From NCBI GenBank assembly GCA_050952625.1, contig JBMNLH010000001.1:1216001-1280000 (forward strand): a stretch of DNA of 64,000 nt, in the 5' to 3' direction. Origin of the DNA: Bacillota bacterium. GTDB lineage: Bacteria > Bacillota > Ch66 > Ch109. This document shows, in pieces, positions 21,618 to 32,310 of the stretch. The notes under the pieces are model-generated. The model was not told the origin of the DNA. It did not search any database and worked only from the letters and a program-made list of their open reading frames with translations. The first letter of the stretch is position 1. The number at the start of each line of letters is the position of its first letter. The translations under genes were made by a program, and so were the position numbers.

Positions 21618-21878
21618 TTGTTTTGGTTAAATTGGGTTTTGAACTCGATTGTGTTTATTATGGTATTTAATCTCTCAAGAATAGTAACCTGGTTTCAAAC
21701 TCGGACCTGGAAGTTTGGAAATCCGGTGTTAACCGTGTTTCTGCCCCTGACTCTAGCCTTAGCTCTCACAGTTGTCGATAGTCTCCGACTTTATTTTGTT
21801 TATCAGTTAATAATTCTGGTAGTAACTGGTGGTCTGCTCTATTGGTTGACTTATAAAACAAAAAAAGACCGATGGTAA
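21618..21878 (+). CDS. Small hypothetical membrane protein
   Basis: RBS AGAGGT, TTG start, three hydrophobic segments. Confidence 0.55.
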   Translation: MFWLNWVLNSIVFIMVFNLSRIVTWFQTRTWKFGNPVLTVFLPLTLALALTVVDSLRLYFVYQLIILVVTGGLLYWLTYKTKKDRW

Positions 21879-21954
21879 TCAGGTTTTTTAATTTTCGTGA
21901 AACACGGAGCAAGCAAGATTTCTGTTCTGATGGTGCTATCTAGTGGCTTGTTGC

Positions 21955-23619
21955 CTACTTAAATAATATAGCGCGAGCTTCCGAAATCTTAAGTGAGTCT
22001 CCCCAAATGAGAATTGCTAAATAAGCTGTCAAGCCGATTAGAGAGGCCAAGATTAATAATGGGATCTCTTCTAGAATAGGTAATTGAATTCTATATACTA
22101 TTTGATGCAGAATTACTCCCATTCCAAAACCGGCAACTAGTGGTATGATTAAGTCCTGTTTGATATCGAGAGTAATTATTTGATTAAGAGGGGTTAGATT
22201 TAAAGCAACCCCCACGACATAACTCAAGATATAGGCCAACGCCACTGCCCCCACACCACTCTCAAGAATGGCCGCGAAGCTTGATCCATAGAAATAATAA
22301 TTAACCAGTATCCTTGAGGTAAAAATATATATCGCACCAATCCGAACTATTGCCATAATTAAACTATTACCTAACACCAGATTTACCCTTCCTAAACCAT
22401 TTAAAACCCCGTTAGTTATTTGGATTACATAGAGAAATAATCCCCCCGTGGCTAAAACACGGAGAGGGACGCCGGCTCCAGTAACGCCGAAAATAAGGCT
22501 GGATACTTTTTCGGGCACCACCCAAAGGATAACCAATAACGGAAAACTAATAATTATTGTATAGTAAATACTCTGCGTTAACCTTTTTTTAAGCCAGGCA
22601 TGGTCTTTTCTAACCTGGGCCGCGGATACAGCTGGTAGTAGGTTTGTACTGATGGCCGTGGTAAAAATATTTGGAATCGATACCAAAGTCAAGACGACTC
22701 CCGTAAACAGACCATATAGGGCGGTGGCCTCTGATTGGGAGTAACCTAAATTTTCTATCCGGCTAGGAATCAAAATTGCCTCAGCGTTGAGCAGAAGTAC
22801 AGCTGCTATCCTGGTTAAAGTAACCGGTCCGGCTATCGGCCAGATTCTCTCTCTAAAGACCGAGGTTTCATTATTAGTAGTCGATAGGTTAGTGCTAGCA
22901 AAATTTGTCTGCGAGCTTTTAATATGATTTTTGGGGGGAAGATACTTATTGCGCTTAAAAAACGATAATCCACCTATGTAAAAACTAATAAGTAACAGGC
23001 AGCCTGCTGTTTCACCAACAAAGACCCCGGCTGTATAGCCTGTAGCGGCCCAAGATACTCCCCATGGTGTCATTTGCTTAGCTAAATACAGGCCAACCAC
23101 CACTCGCACAGCTTGTTCGATAACCTGAGCTACTGCGGGGATTGCCATGCGTTGAATTCCTTGAAAGTAGCCCCTGAAGGCTGAGGAAACAGCGGTTATT
23201 GGCAAAGTGGGGATGAGGACCAAAACACACCAAATTGCCCGGGGATCAGCCATTATCTTGCTCCCTATGCTAGGCAGAAGCAAGGCTAAAACTATGGCCA
23301 GGCCCATGCCAGTTATTCCTAATCTTATGACTGACCAGCGTAAGATTTGGTGGGCGGACCGCGAATTCTTACCAGCTAATTCTTCAGCCACTAATTTGGA
23401 TACTGCCACAGGGATGCCGGCTGTCGTAAATACTAAGGCTAACATGTAAATGGGAATTGCTAACTGAAATAAGCCATACCCTTCGGAACCTATCAAACGT
23501 AATACTAGAACCTGGTTGACTAACCCCAGTAATCGATTAACTAGGTTGGCCGTAGTTAACACTAGCGTACCTTTAATTAAATGCCGATCAGACATATGTA
23601 ATTTGTGCCTCCTTGCCAA
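21955..23619 (-). CDS. spoVB: SpoVB/MurJ-family (MOP) flippase
   Basis: GIPVAVSKLVAE, RGYFQG and QVIEQ.VR. Confidence 0.75.
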   Translation of the reverse strand: MARRHKLHMSDRHLIKGTLVLTTANLVNRLLGLVNQVLVLRLIGSEGYGLFQLAIPIYMLALVFTTAGIPVAVSKLVAEELAGKNSRSAHQILRWSVIRLGITGMGLAIVLALLLPSIGSKIMADPRAIWCVLVLIPTLPITAVSSAFRGYFQGIQRMAIPAVAQVIEQAVRVVVGLYLAKQMTPWGVSWAATGYTAGVFVGETAGCLLLISFYIGGLSFFKRNKYLPPKNHIKSSQTNFASTNLSTTNNETSVFRERIWPIAGPVTLTRIAAVLLLNAEAILIPSRIENLGYSQSEATALYGLFTGVVLTLVSIPNIFTTAISTNLLPAVSAAQVRKDHAWLKKRLTQSIYYTIIISFPLLVILWVVPEKVSSLIFGVTGAGVPLRVLATGGLFLYVIQITNGVLNGLGRVNLVLGNSLIMAIVRIGAIYIFTSRILVNYYFYGSSFAAILESGVGAVALAYILSYVVGVALNLTPLNQIITLDIKQDLIIPLVAGFGMGVILHQIVYRIQLPILEEIPLLILASLIGLTAYLAILIWGDSLKISEARAILFK

Positions 23620-23832
23620 TTAATATGATTTAGGCAAGCTGGTTAGACTAGGTTAGAAAGGAAAGGACTGTCTGGCAAAATCAAGGCATGCCCTTGACTA
23701 GCTCTTTTACTATCTGGTAAAGTATTATAGGATTTATTTGGTTTTCTAAAGTAAACGACCATTTCCAGCAAACCAGCTCAGATATTGAGGAAATAGTCTA
23801 ATTTTACTGTTCTAGATAAAAGGAGGAGATAT

Positions 23833-25878
23833 TTGTTGAAGGTATATCCAACCAGTAAGATTCGAAATGTGGCTTTAGTAGGACACGTTGGCTCCGGTAA
23901 AACTTCTTTAACCGAAGCAATGCTGTTTAATGCCGGACATACTACACGTTTAGGGAAAGTGGATGATGGAACCACGACAACTGACTTCCATCCAGAAGAA
24001 ACAAAACGGAAAATAACGATTAATGCAACCCTGGCCCCTATTGAATGGAAAGACCATAAGATAAACTTGATTGATGCTCCGGGGTTTGCTGATTTTTATG
24101 CTGAAGTAAAAGGAGCCATGCGAGCGGTTGATAGCCTAATAGTGGTTCTAGATGGAGTAGGCGGGGTTGAAGTCCAGACCGAGGTTGTCTGGGAAGATGC
24201 TGAAAAACGCAATCTGCCTCGAATAGCCTATGTTAATAAAATAGAAAGAGAAAATGCTAATTTCTTTCGAGTTATTGACCAAATGAAAGAGTCCTTATCC
24301 GGCAATATTGTGCCAATCCAATTACCAATTGGTTCAGAAGCAGCCTTTTCCGGAGTAGTTGATCTACTGAAAATGAAAGCTTATCAGTGGGAAGGTAATG
24401 GGAAGTTTAAAGAGGTAGCGATTCCTGCCGAATTAGCGGATGATGCCGCAGCCTATCGTGAGCAACTTGCGGAAGCTGCAGCTGAGGCAGATGATGACCT
24501 ACTTAATAAATTTTTAGAAGGGGAAGAGCTTTCAGCAGAGGAGATCTACACCGGTTTTAAGGTTGCAATACGTAAAGGGATGGTCATACCGGTACTCTGC
24601 GGTTCAGCCACAAAAAATATCGGTATCCAACCAGTGCTTGACCTGATCATTGAAGGGTTGCCTTCTCCAAGCGAAACGGCGGAAGCCGAAGGAAAAGACC
24701 TGGCCGCTGAACCGCTAACTGCCCTTGTGTTTAAGACTTTGGCTGACCCCTATGTTGGTAAACTAAACTTTTTCCGAGTCTTTAGCGGCACCTTTAAGGG
24801 GGATACCTTTGTCTACAATGTCAATAAAGAAAAAGAAGAGAAAATCAGCCAAATTTTAATTATGCGGGGGAAAAATCAGGAATCAGTCCCAGAACTTCAA
24901 GCGGGTGATATTGCAGCAGTAGCCAAACTCAGTGAAACCACAACCGGTGATACCTTCTGCCAAAAAGCAAACCCAATTGAGCTTGAAGGTGTAGAATTTC
25001 CTGAACCAAGACTATCAATTGCCATTGAACCAAAGAGTAAAGGTGACGAAGATAAACTAGGAACCGCAATTGCTCGTTTAATGGAAGAAGATCCTTCTCT
25101 CCAGTGGTCTAAGAATGTCGAGACCAGACAAACCTTGTTAACCGGTATGGGTGAAACCCATCTGGATATTGTGCTTGAAAGGCTTCAACGCAAATTTGGT
25201 GTCGAGGTTACGACAAAAGAACCGAAAGTTGCCTACCGGGAAACTATTCGGGGTACCGTTAAGGTGGAAGGAAAACACAAGAAACAGACCGGGGGCCATG
25301 GCCAATATGGTCATGTTTGGCTGGAGATAGGCCCTAGTTATGACTCGGAATTAGAATTTAGCGAAAGTCTTTTTGGTGGTTCAGTGCCAAAACAATATGT
25401 GCCGGCAGTTGAAAAAGGCATTCGGGAGGGAATACAAGAGGGAGTCCTAGCTGGGTTCCCGGTAACCGGGCTTAAAGTTAATCTTTACGATGGCTCTTAT
25501 CACACCGTTGACTCCAACGAACTGTCCTTTAAAATGGCTGCTATCTTAGCTTTGCGCAAGGGTTTGGAGCAAGCCAAGCCGGTCTTATTGGAACCGATTG
25601 CATCGGTCGAAGTAACAGTGCCGGAACAGTTCATGGGCGACATAATTGGTGACCTTAATACCAAGAGGGGCCGAATCCTGGGAATGGAGCCGCAAGGAAA
25701 ATACCAAGTAATTAAAGCTCAGGTACCTGCTTCAGAAATGCAACGTTACTCGATTGATTTAAAGTCAATCACTCAAGGTCGGGGTTCGTTCAATATGGAA
25801 ATTACCGGCTACGAAGAAGTACCAAGTAATTTAGCGGAAAAGATTATTGCTGCCCGTAAAGCAGAAAAAGAAGAATAA
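23833..25878 (+). CDS. Elongation factor G paralog (EF-G2 type)
   Basis: GHVGSGKT, DAPGF, NKIE, KKQTGGHGQYG and GMGETHL; outside the str operon. Confidence 0.85.
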   Translation: MLKVYPTSKIRNVALVGHVGSGKTSLTEAMLFNAGHTTRLGKVDDGTTTTDFHPEETKRKITINATLAPIEWKDHKINLIDAPGFADFYAEVKGAMRAVDSLIVVLDGVGGVEVQTEVVWEDAEKRNLPRIAYVNKIERENANFFRVIDQMKESLSGNIVPIQLPIGSEAAFSGVVDLLKMKAYQWEGNGKFKEVAIPAELADDAAAYREQLAEAAAEADDDLLNKFLEGEELSAEEIYTGFKVAIRKGMVIPVLCGSATKNIGIQPVLDLIIEGLPSPSETAEAEGKDLAAEPLTALVFKTLADPYVGKLNFFRVFSGTFKGDTFVYNVNKEKEEKISQILIMRGKNQESVPELQAGDIAAVAKLSETTTGDTFCQKANPIELEGVEFPEPRLSIAIEPKSKGDEDKLGTAIARLMEEDPSLQWSKNVETRQTLLTGMGETHLDIVLERLQRKFGVEVTTKEPKVAYRETIRGTVKVEGKHKKQTGGHGQYGHVWLEIGPSYDSELEFSESLFGGSVPKQYVPAVEKGIREGIQEGVLAGFPVTGLKVNLYDGSYHTVDSNELSFKMAAILALRKGLEQAKPVLLEPIASVEVTVPEQFMGDIIGDLNTKRGRILGMEPQGKYQVIKAQVPASEMQRYSIDLKSITQGRGSFNMEITGYEEVPSNLAEKIIAARKAEKEE

Positions 25879-25905
25879 TATCAATTATAAGGGTATTAAG
25901 CTGAA

Positions 25906-25936
25906 AGGAGTCTCTGATCGGAGACTCCTTTCTTAT
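25906..25936 (+). terminator. Terminator after the EF-G paralog
   Basis: AAGGAGTCTC/GAGACTCCTT hairpin plus T-rich tail. Confidence 0.7.
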
Positions 25937-26151
25937 TATAGTACAGAACGATTGACCATGTTTACATCTAAATCTTGCCTGTGGTTGATTACATCAATTA
26001 CCGTTCTGACTTTGAATCTAGTATCCCCAAATTATGCTTTGCCTATTCTGAGCCTAATAAATATGGATCCATATCTTCTTTCCTCAGAGTAACCTTTAGC
26101 TACTTTTTTTAATATTATTTAGTAGTGCCGGTTATGGAAGGAGGAGATCTC

Positions 26152-26979
26152 ATGGTCTACGCCAGTCGTTATTTGCGGCTGATGTCACCATACATGAGTG
26201 GACCTGATGTTAGGGATGTTCAACAAAGACTCACCGAGCTCGGAATATTTAGAGGGGCAGTTGACGGGATTTACGGCCCGGATACTGAGACGGCAGTTCG
26301 CGAGTTTCAAAGACAAAATGGTTTAGCGATTGATGGAATCGTTGGCCCCAATGCTTACCAGGCCTTATTTCCCGGTTATCCGGGCGGCAAGGGACAGCTC
26401 TCGATAACTATTGATGTGACAAGCCGAATTCTTGAATTAAAAAGAAATGGTCAAACTGTCAAGACTTATCCAGTGGCAGTTGGTAAACCGGAGACCCCCA
26501 CACCAATAGGTGACTGGACTATTGTTCAGAAGACTCTTAACCCTGGCGGTCCTTTTGGAGCACGTTGGATGAGACTGAGTGTGCCCTGGGGAGGCTACGG
26601 CATTCATGGAACTGATAATCCGAGCTCAATTGGCCAGGCAGCCAGTCATGGCTGTATTCGTTTGCATAATCAAGATGTGATTGAACTTTATGATATGGTT
26701 CCATTGGGTACTCTTGTAAAAATAATCGGTTCAGTTATAACCGGTAGAATTCTTCGGGTAGGCAGCCAAGGTGGTGATGTCCGAGAGGTGCAGCAAAGAT
26801 TGAAGATACTTGGTTACTATCAAGGCGATATTGATGGTGTTTTTGGACCGATTACTGAACAAGCAGTTCGTGCTTTTCAAAGAGACCAGGGACTAGAACC
26901 GGACGGAGTAGTTGGCCCGGATACCTACAATGCATTACAGAAGACTTGGGATATTATTCAGGGTGATCGGCAGCCGTAG
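26152..26979 (+). CDS. L,D-transpeptidase (YkuD) flanked by two peptidoglycan-binding domains
   Basis: YGIHGT...ASHGCIRL; two DG.YGP.T..AVR.FQ domains; RBS GGAGG before ATG 26152. Confidence 0.9.
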   Translation: MVYASRYLRLMSPYMSGPDVRDVQQRLTELGIFRGAVDGIYGPDTETAVREFQRQNGLAIDGIVGPNAYQALFPGYPGGKGQLSITIDVTSRILELKRNGQTVKTYPVAVGKPETPTPIGDWTIVQKTLNPGGPFGARWMRLSVPWGGYGIHGTDNPSSIGQAASHGCIRLHNQDVIELYDMVPLGTLVKIIGSVITGRILRVGSQGGDVREVQQRLKILGYYQGDIDGVFGPITEQAVRAFQRDQGLEPDGVVGPDTYNALQKTWDIIQGDRQP

Positions 26980-27050
26980 ATAAACAATCTCCCAACAGAT
27001 AAAAAGAAAGGGATACTCCCTCAGGTGATCCCTTTCTCACATTTTACGGC

Positions 27051-27239
27051 TTAGGCCTCTTTTATTGCCTCAGTTGGACAGCCTTCCACAGCTTCTTTAC
27101 AAGTACTTTCAAGCTCATGTGGTACTTCATCGACAATTGCCTGGGCTTTTCCTTCATCATCCCAATCAAATACTTCCGGGCATGTATCTATACAGGCCCC
27201 ACATTCAATGCACAAATCAGGATCAACAGAAACCTTCAA
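27051..27239 (-). CDS. Single-cluster [4Fe-4S] ferredoxin
   Basis: CIECGAC...CP..F...CPTEAI; TTG start after GGAGG. Confidence 0.9.
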   Translation of the reverse strand: MKVSVDPDLCIECGACIDTCPEVFDWDDEGKAQAIVDEVPHELESTCKEAVEGCPTEAIKEA

Positions 27240-27325
27240 TTTCCTGGAACCTCCTTTAGAATTAATCGCCAAGCCAGGAAATAGTTTGTCCAGTTGTTTA
27301 TCAGATCTTTATTGTGACATTATTA

Positions 27326-27574
27326 TTAATGAACGTATTTCTTGCCAAGGCGTAATACGATTTCGGCCATCATCCTTTTTTCCTCATCAGTGGCTATTTT
27401 CCAGATTTCGCTTAGTAGAGCTTCCTCGGGAGTATCCGGTTTAACAAATCGGCTCATCAGGTTTCCAATGCTTACCATCCCTTTGACCATTTGGTCGTTA
27501 CTAACACCATGCTTAAGACCATCGCGGATGTTTTCAGCTAACTCTTGAGGAAAATGAATTTGCGGTTCAACCAT
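27326..27574 (-). CDS. DUF3243 (YmfJ-like) protein
   Basis: P.TPEE.LL.EIW..A..EEK motif. Confidence 0.7.
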   Translation of the reverse strand: MVEPQIHFPQELAENIRDGLKHGVSNDQMVKGMVSIGNLMSRFVKPDTPEEALLSEIWKIATDEEKRMMAEIVLRLGKKYVH

Positions 27575-27685
27575 TTAAACAACACCTCTTTCAAATTACA
27601 GGCTAGTATTGTTGATTTATCCATTAATAGTATGACCATAAGTATAACCGGCTATGACTAGCAGACGGTTATGTTAAGCTCTTGC

Positions 27686-28648
27686 TCATTCAATATTATG
27701 TTTTCGTTTAAACTGAATAGGTTCAGTTGCCGGAGTGATGACTTCAAAAATAAAACCCATTTCTTTTAAACCCTCAATAATTGAGGGGAGAGCCTTTACC
27801 GTACTAGTCATTCTAGAGGAATCATGCAATAAAATAATGATGCGATCCTTTCCCTGCGCCTGTTTAATAGTATTGTTTATAAGCATCTCGGGCGTTTTGG
27901 GACTGCCTGCCGCATCGCCAGGACAAACATTCCAATCATAGTATATATATCCTTTTTCTATCAAACGATCAATATGATGTTCTTTGAGAAAGGGGATTGA
28001 TCCACCAGGAGGGCGAAATATCTTGGGATTATCACCAATTATTTCACCCAAAATATTAGTGCAAATATTGATCTCGTTTATTAAAGTATCAGCAGTACGG
28101 TAGACTTCACTATACTGATGAGAATAACTGTGATTGCCAATCGTATGACCCTCAATAAATGCTCGCTGAACAATTTCAGGATGCTTCTCGGCTTGTTTGC
28201 CAATTACAAAAAAGGTAACCTTTATCTGGTAATGATTGGCGATATCCAGTATTGGGAGGGTAACCTCTCTTGATGGACCATCATCAAAAGTCAGATAGGC
28301 AACCTTACTCGGCTTTTCAGAAAATTGATCTTCTGATTCCGAAGCTTGCGCTTCGCTAGGACTGAAAGATAAGGGTGGAGTCTCACTTATTGAAGTATCC
28401 TCTGGAGTTGAAGTATTCTTATCAATACCCAAGTCAGGATTAGTCAAAGTATTTATATCCGAGTTTAACTCCCCGTTAATTAGAGACTTCTCTGACTTCA
28501 CTATATCTTCAGGTCCCATAAGGAAAATATACTTGCTAAACTGAGTAGGGGTTAAGTCAATAAACCCAACAGTTATTAATAAAAGGCCAGTTAAAATAGC
28601 GGTTGATAAACAACGAATAATATTTTTCACAACCCCCACCCCCATCAC
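27686..28648 (-). CDS. Polysaccharide (peptidoglycan) deacetylase, CE4
   Basis: YLTFDDGP, GNHSYSH, FRPPGG and LLHD. Confidence 0.9.
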   Translation of the reverse strand: MMGVGVVKNIIRCLSTAILTGLLLITVGFIDLTPTQFSKYIFLMGPEDIVKSEKSLINGELNSDINTLTNPDLGIDKNTSTPEDTSISETPPLSFSPSEAQASESEDQFSEKPSKVAYLTFDDGPSREVTLPILDIANHYQIKVTFFVIGKQAEKHPEIVQRAFIEGHTIGNHSYSHQYSEVYRTADTLINEINICTNILGEIIGDNPKIFRPPGGSIPFLKEHHIDRLIEKGYIYYDWNVCPGDAAGSPKTPEMLINNTIKQAQGKDRIIILLHDSSRMTSTVKALPSIIEGLKEMGFIFEVITPATEPIQFKRKHNIE

Positions 28649-28778
28649 TAATAAATATTAATGTTATAATACTAACGCATACCCTTTACAAATAGATATG
28701 GAAAAATTTCGCCATTAATAAGGTAATAACTGTAAACCGTTCCAAATATTATTTAGTTTTCTGGATGTAATTTTACCC

Positions 28779-28807
28779 TTGCATTTAACATCGGATCCTG
28801 ATAAAAT
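28779..28807 (+). promoter_or_regulatory. Sigma-A promoter of tRNA-Trp
   Basis: TTGCAT-17bp-TAAAAT with extended TG. Confidence 0.6.
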
Positions 28808-28842
28808 AAATAACGTCAATTAGAGAAAGTATAATTTTTTGC

Positions 28843-28918
28843 AGGGGTGTAGCTCAATTGGTAGAGTAGTGGACTCCAAATCCATTGGTTGCGGGTTCGA
28901 GTCCTGCCGCCCCTGCCA
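28843..28918 (+). tRNA. tRNA-Trp(CCA)
   Basis: AGGGGTGTAGCTCAATTGG...loop CTCCAAA...GGTTCGAGTCC...CCA. Confidence 0.95.
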
Positions 28919-29185
28919 AAATTTCTAGCCTTCGGGAATTTTCTCGAAGGCTAATTACTTTCGATTTGTTGTTTGTGTCTCATTGCTAAAGTATTACCTA
29001 AAAGTCTTATAAACGGTAGTTATTTTTAGAAGGCAAAAATCGAAAGATCAAGAATACAAATATAAAGAAAGCAGTCATGCTAGTAAATAATAGGTTGAAA
29101 AGGAGGGAGGCGCGCTATCCAGTTAGATTTGACAATGGTCTTTGTATCCTTGTCCTAACTATCTTGAGATTAAGCGCCATTAAGG

Positions 29186-30124
29186 ATGAAAAAAATTGCG
29201 GTTTTCTGTGGAGGGACCTCTTCGGAACGAGAAGTGTCTCTTAGAAGTGGGGAAGCCGTATATCAAGCTCTGCTGGCAACAGGCTATTCGGCTGTTAAAA
29301 TTGATGCCAATACATCGATCATAGAACGACTACTCCAAGAACGACCCGATGCGGCTTTTATTGCTCTTCATGGTAAGCTAGGGGAAGATGGAACCCTCCA
29401 GGGGTTACTAGACATAATGGGGATACCTTATACTGGTCCTGGGGTTCTGGCCAGTGCCATAGGCATGAATAAGTTAATTACCAAGAAATTATTAAGCTAT
29501 GAAGGAATACCTACCCCACCTTTTATTAGTCTCAATCGAAAAGAAGTCGACACATTAGGCTGGACATCAGTACTGAACAAGATTAAACAACTGTATCCTT
29601 TACCTTTGGTGGTGAAAGCAATAACTCAAGGATCAACCATTGGAGTGTTTTTTGTTCATCGGGAAGAAGACATAATAGCAGCAGTTAAGGATGCTTTGTC
29701 TTTTGACTCTGAAATTTTGGTGGAAAAGATGATTAGAGGAACCGAGGTAACAGCGGCCATTATGGGTGACAATCCGCCAGTCGTCCTGCCCTTGATTGAA
29801 ATAACCTCAGTAACTGGCATCTACGATTACCAATCTAAGTATACCCCGGGAATGAGTCAGCATCTTATACCACCTAACTTACCCGAAACCACCCAGAAAT
29901 TAGCAAGCGAGGTCTGCCTTCGCACCTATCAATCAATTGGTTGTCGAGGATACGCTCGGGTTGATTGCATAATTGATACCAACGGCCAACCTTTTGTTTT
30001 GGAGATAAACACCGCCCCGGGTTTAACTGCCACCAGCCTATTTCCGGATGCCGCACGCCATGCTGGAATTGAGTTCCCTGAGCTTGTTCGCCAAATAGTG
30101 GAAATGGCTCGAACAGGATACTAA
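29186..30124 (+). CDS. ddl: D-alanine--D-alanine ligase
   Basis: GG.SSEREVSL, HG..GEDG, YDYQSKY and LEINTAPG. Confidence 0.95.
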   Translation: MKKIAVFCGGTSSEREVSLRSGEAVYQALLATGYSAVKIDANTSIIERLLQERPDAAFIALHGKLGEDGTLQGLLDIMGIPYTGPGVLASAIGMNKLITKKLLSYEGIPTPPFISLNRKEVDTLGWTSVLNKIKQLYPLPLVVKAITQGSTIGVFFVHREEDIIAAVKDALSFDSEILVEKMIRGTEVTAAIMGDNPPVVLPLIEITSVTGIYDYQSKYTPGMSQHLIPPNLPETTQKLASEVCLRTYQSIGCRGYARVDCIIDTNGQPFVLEINTAPGLTATSLFPDAARHAGIEFPELVRQIVEMARTGY

Positions 30125-30298
30125 TAAATACGTGGTGGCCATTAATTGTTTCGCGCACTAGAAATCAAATAATGGCTGCGGATGTATGTTAGATCCTAAA
30201 GTCATTTTCGACAAAGGTTAACTATACGAGGAGGAAATGGCGGAATTATCTCGAAATAGATAAATATTTGTATTTATCAGCTTAAGCAAAAAGAACGG

Positions 30299-31414
30299 AT
30301 GAAACCCAGAAGGGAGAAACAGGACAAAGTGTCGGACCGGTTATTAAAGGATATTCAAAACAAGCTAGATCAAGGGAAGCGACTTACTCGGCAAGACGGA
30401 CTAGCTCTGATGGATTGCCAGGACCTGATAGGGTTAGGCCGGTTAGCCAGAAGAATTAAAAAACACAAAACCGGGCAATATGTCTACTTTAACTCGAATT
30501 TCCATATTAATTTGACTAATATCTGCGTATCCCGGTGTAAATTTTGTGCCTTTGGTCGTGACCGAGATGATGCCGGAGCCTATGCAATGACTCTGGATGA
30601 GGTATTGCAACAAGCCGAGTATGGGGTTGAAGGTGGCGCCAAGGAGCTTCATATTGTTAGTGCTCTCCACCCGGACCTGCCTTTTGATTATTACGTCGAG
30701 GTTATTCGTCTTTGTCGGGAAAGGTTTCCCACGATTCACCTAAAGGCCTTTACGGCAGTTGAGATAGACTACTTTACCAAGATTTCTCAGCTTTCTTTGC
30801 ATCAGGTATTGCAAACTCTAAAAGAAGCCGGTCTGGATTCATTACCGGGAGGAGGGGCTGAGGTTTTTAGTCCCCGGGTACGAGACAAGCTATGTCCAAA
30901 TAAAGCCAACAGTGAACGCTGGCTGGAAGTAATGCGGACAGCGCACAGTTTAGGCCTCAAGAGTAACGCAACGATGCTTTATGGTCATATTGAAACATTA
31001 GAAGAAAGAGTAGATCATCTATTGGCTTTACGTAACTTGCAGGATGAAACTGGCGGCTTCCAATCGTTCATCCCGTTACCTTTTCATCCGCAAAATACTC
31101 AGATAGCAAGTATCCAAAGGACAACGGCTCATGAAAACCTCAAAATGATCGCCTTGTCTCGTCTAATCCTGGACAACTTTGACCATATTAAGGCTTATTG
31201 GATTATGCAAGGAATACCATTGGCCCAGATATCGCTTAATTTCGGAGCGGATGATCTTGATGGCACCGTGGTCAAAGAAAAAATTACTCATGCAGCTGGG
31301 GCTAGAACTAATGAAGGTATAACTAAAGAAGAGCTTATCCGACTTATTCGGGAAGCCGGCTATACTCCAGTTGAACGCGATACTTTATATAATATTCTTC
31401 AAGTATTTGATTAA
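30299..31414 (+). CDS. mqnE: Aminofutalosine synthase (radical SAM)
   Basis: NICVSRCKFC, PGGGAE and HIKAYW; adjacent to mqnA/mqnC. Confidence 0.85.
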   Translation: MKPRREKQDKVSDRLLKDIQNKLDQGKRLTRQDGLALMDCQDLIGLGRLARRIKKHKTGQYVYFNSNFHINLTNICVSRCKFCAFGRDRDDAGAYAMTLDEVLQQAEYGVEGGAKELHIVSALHPDLPFDYYVEVIRLCRERFPTIHLKAFTAVEIDYFTKISQLSLHQVLQTLKEAGLDSLPGGGAEVFSPRVRDKLCPNKANSERWLEVMRTAHSLGLKSNATMLYGHIETLEERVDHLLALRNLQDETGGFQSFIPLPFHPQNTQIASIQRTTAHENLKMIALSRLILDNFDHIKAYWIMQGIPLAQISLNFGADDLDGTVVKEKITHAAGARTNEGITKEELIRLIREAGYTPVERDTLYNILQVFD

Positions 31415-31436
31415 ACATATAATAGGGGGGTTGTTT

Positions 31437-32279
31437 ATGCGTCCCCGTGTTGGACACATTCAATTTATTAACTGCTTACCTTTATACTATGGTTTAGTTA
31501 AAAAAGGTGTTTTGTTGGATGTCGAGTTAACCAAAGGTACTCCAACCGAGTTAAACCGGATGCTTATTCAAGGTGAATTAGATATTAGCCCCATTTCGTC
31601 TATAGAATATGGGCGACACGCAGAATTGCTTTTACTGATGCCTGACCTGACCGTTAGCGCGGAGGAAGAGGTACTCAGTATCTTACTCTTAAGCAAGGTG
31701 CCAATTGAAGAACTCGAAGGCCGAACCATTGCATTGACCAATACCTCGGCTACTTCTCATGCTTTGCTCAAAATTTTACTAAAGGAAAAATACGGCTTGA
31801 ACTGTAACTTTTTTATTTGTCCCCCAGAATTAGGTTCAATGCTGTTAGAAGCTGATGCTGCCCTATTAATTGGCGATCCGGCCTTACGGGCTTATTTTCA
31901 GCCCCGACCAGACTTGTTTAGTTATGATTTAGGAAAATTATGGAAAGAGTTGACGGGGTTGCCGATGGTTTTTGCTGTTTGGGCAATTCGGCGCGAGTTT
32001 GCCGAAAAGCACCCGGAACTTGCCCAGGAGGTATATCATTCATTTTTCCAATCCATGCAATACAGTTTGGAGAATCTATCTCAAATTGCCAGTAATGCTG
32101 CCCGTTGGGAAACGCTAGAGGCTCATCTTCTGGAGCAGTACTTCGCCTGTCTGCGATTTGATTTCGGGCAGAAAAAGCAAGAGGGATTAATAACGTTTTA
32201 CACAAGTGCTCATAAGCACAATTTCTTACCAAAGGTGCCCTCGTTACAGTTTTTAAATATACCTCGTTCGTTAGCTTAA
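31437..32279 (+). CDS. mqnA: Chorismate dehydratase
   Basis: FINCLP, SATS, LLIGD.AL and TGLPMVFAVW; ATG 31437 after GGGGG. Confidence 0.85.
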   Translation: MRPRVGHIQFINCLPLYYGLVKKGVLLDVELTKGTPTELNRMLIQGELDISPISSIEYGRHAELLLLMPDLTVSAEEEVLSILLLSKVPIEELEGRTIALTNTSATSHALLKILLKEKYGLNCNFFICPPELGSMLLEADAALLIGDPALRAYFQPRPDLFSYDLGKLWKELTGLPMVFAVWAIRREFAEKHPELAQEVYHSFFQSMQYSLENLSQIASNAARWETLEAHLLEQYFACLRFDFGQKKQEGLITFYTSAHKHNFLPKVPSLQFLNIPRSLA

Positions 32280-32310
32280 CTTCGAATGAGTTGGAAGGCG
32301 GAAAGATTAT

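Noticed and set aside
28918-29185. Integrative element at tRNA-Trp (likewise at tRNA-Ala 48391)
   Set aside because: No integrase and no duplicated tRNA 3' end were seen in the window.
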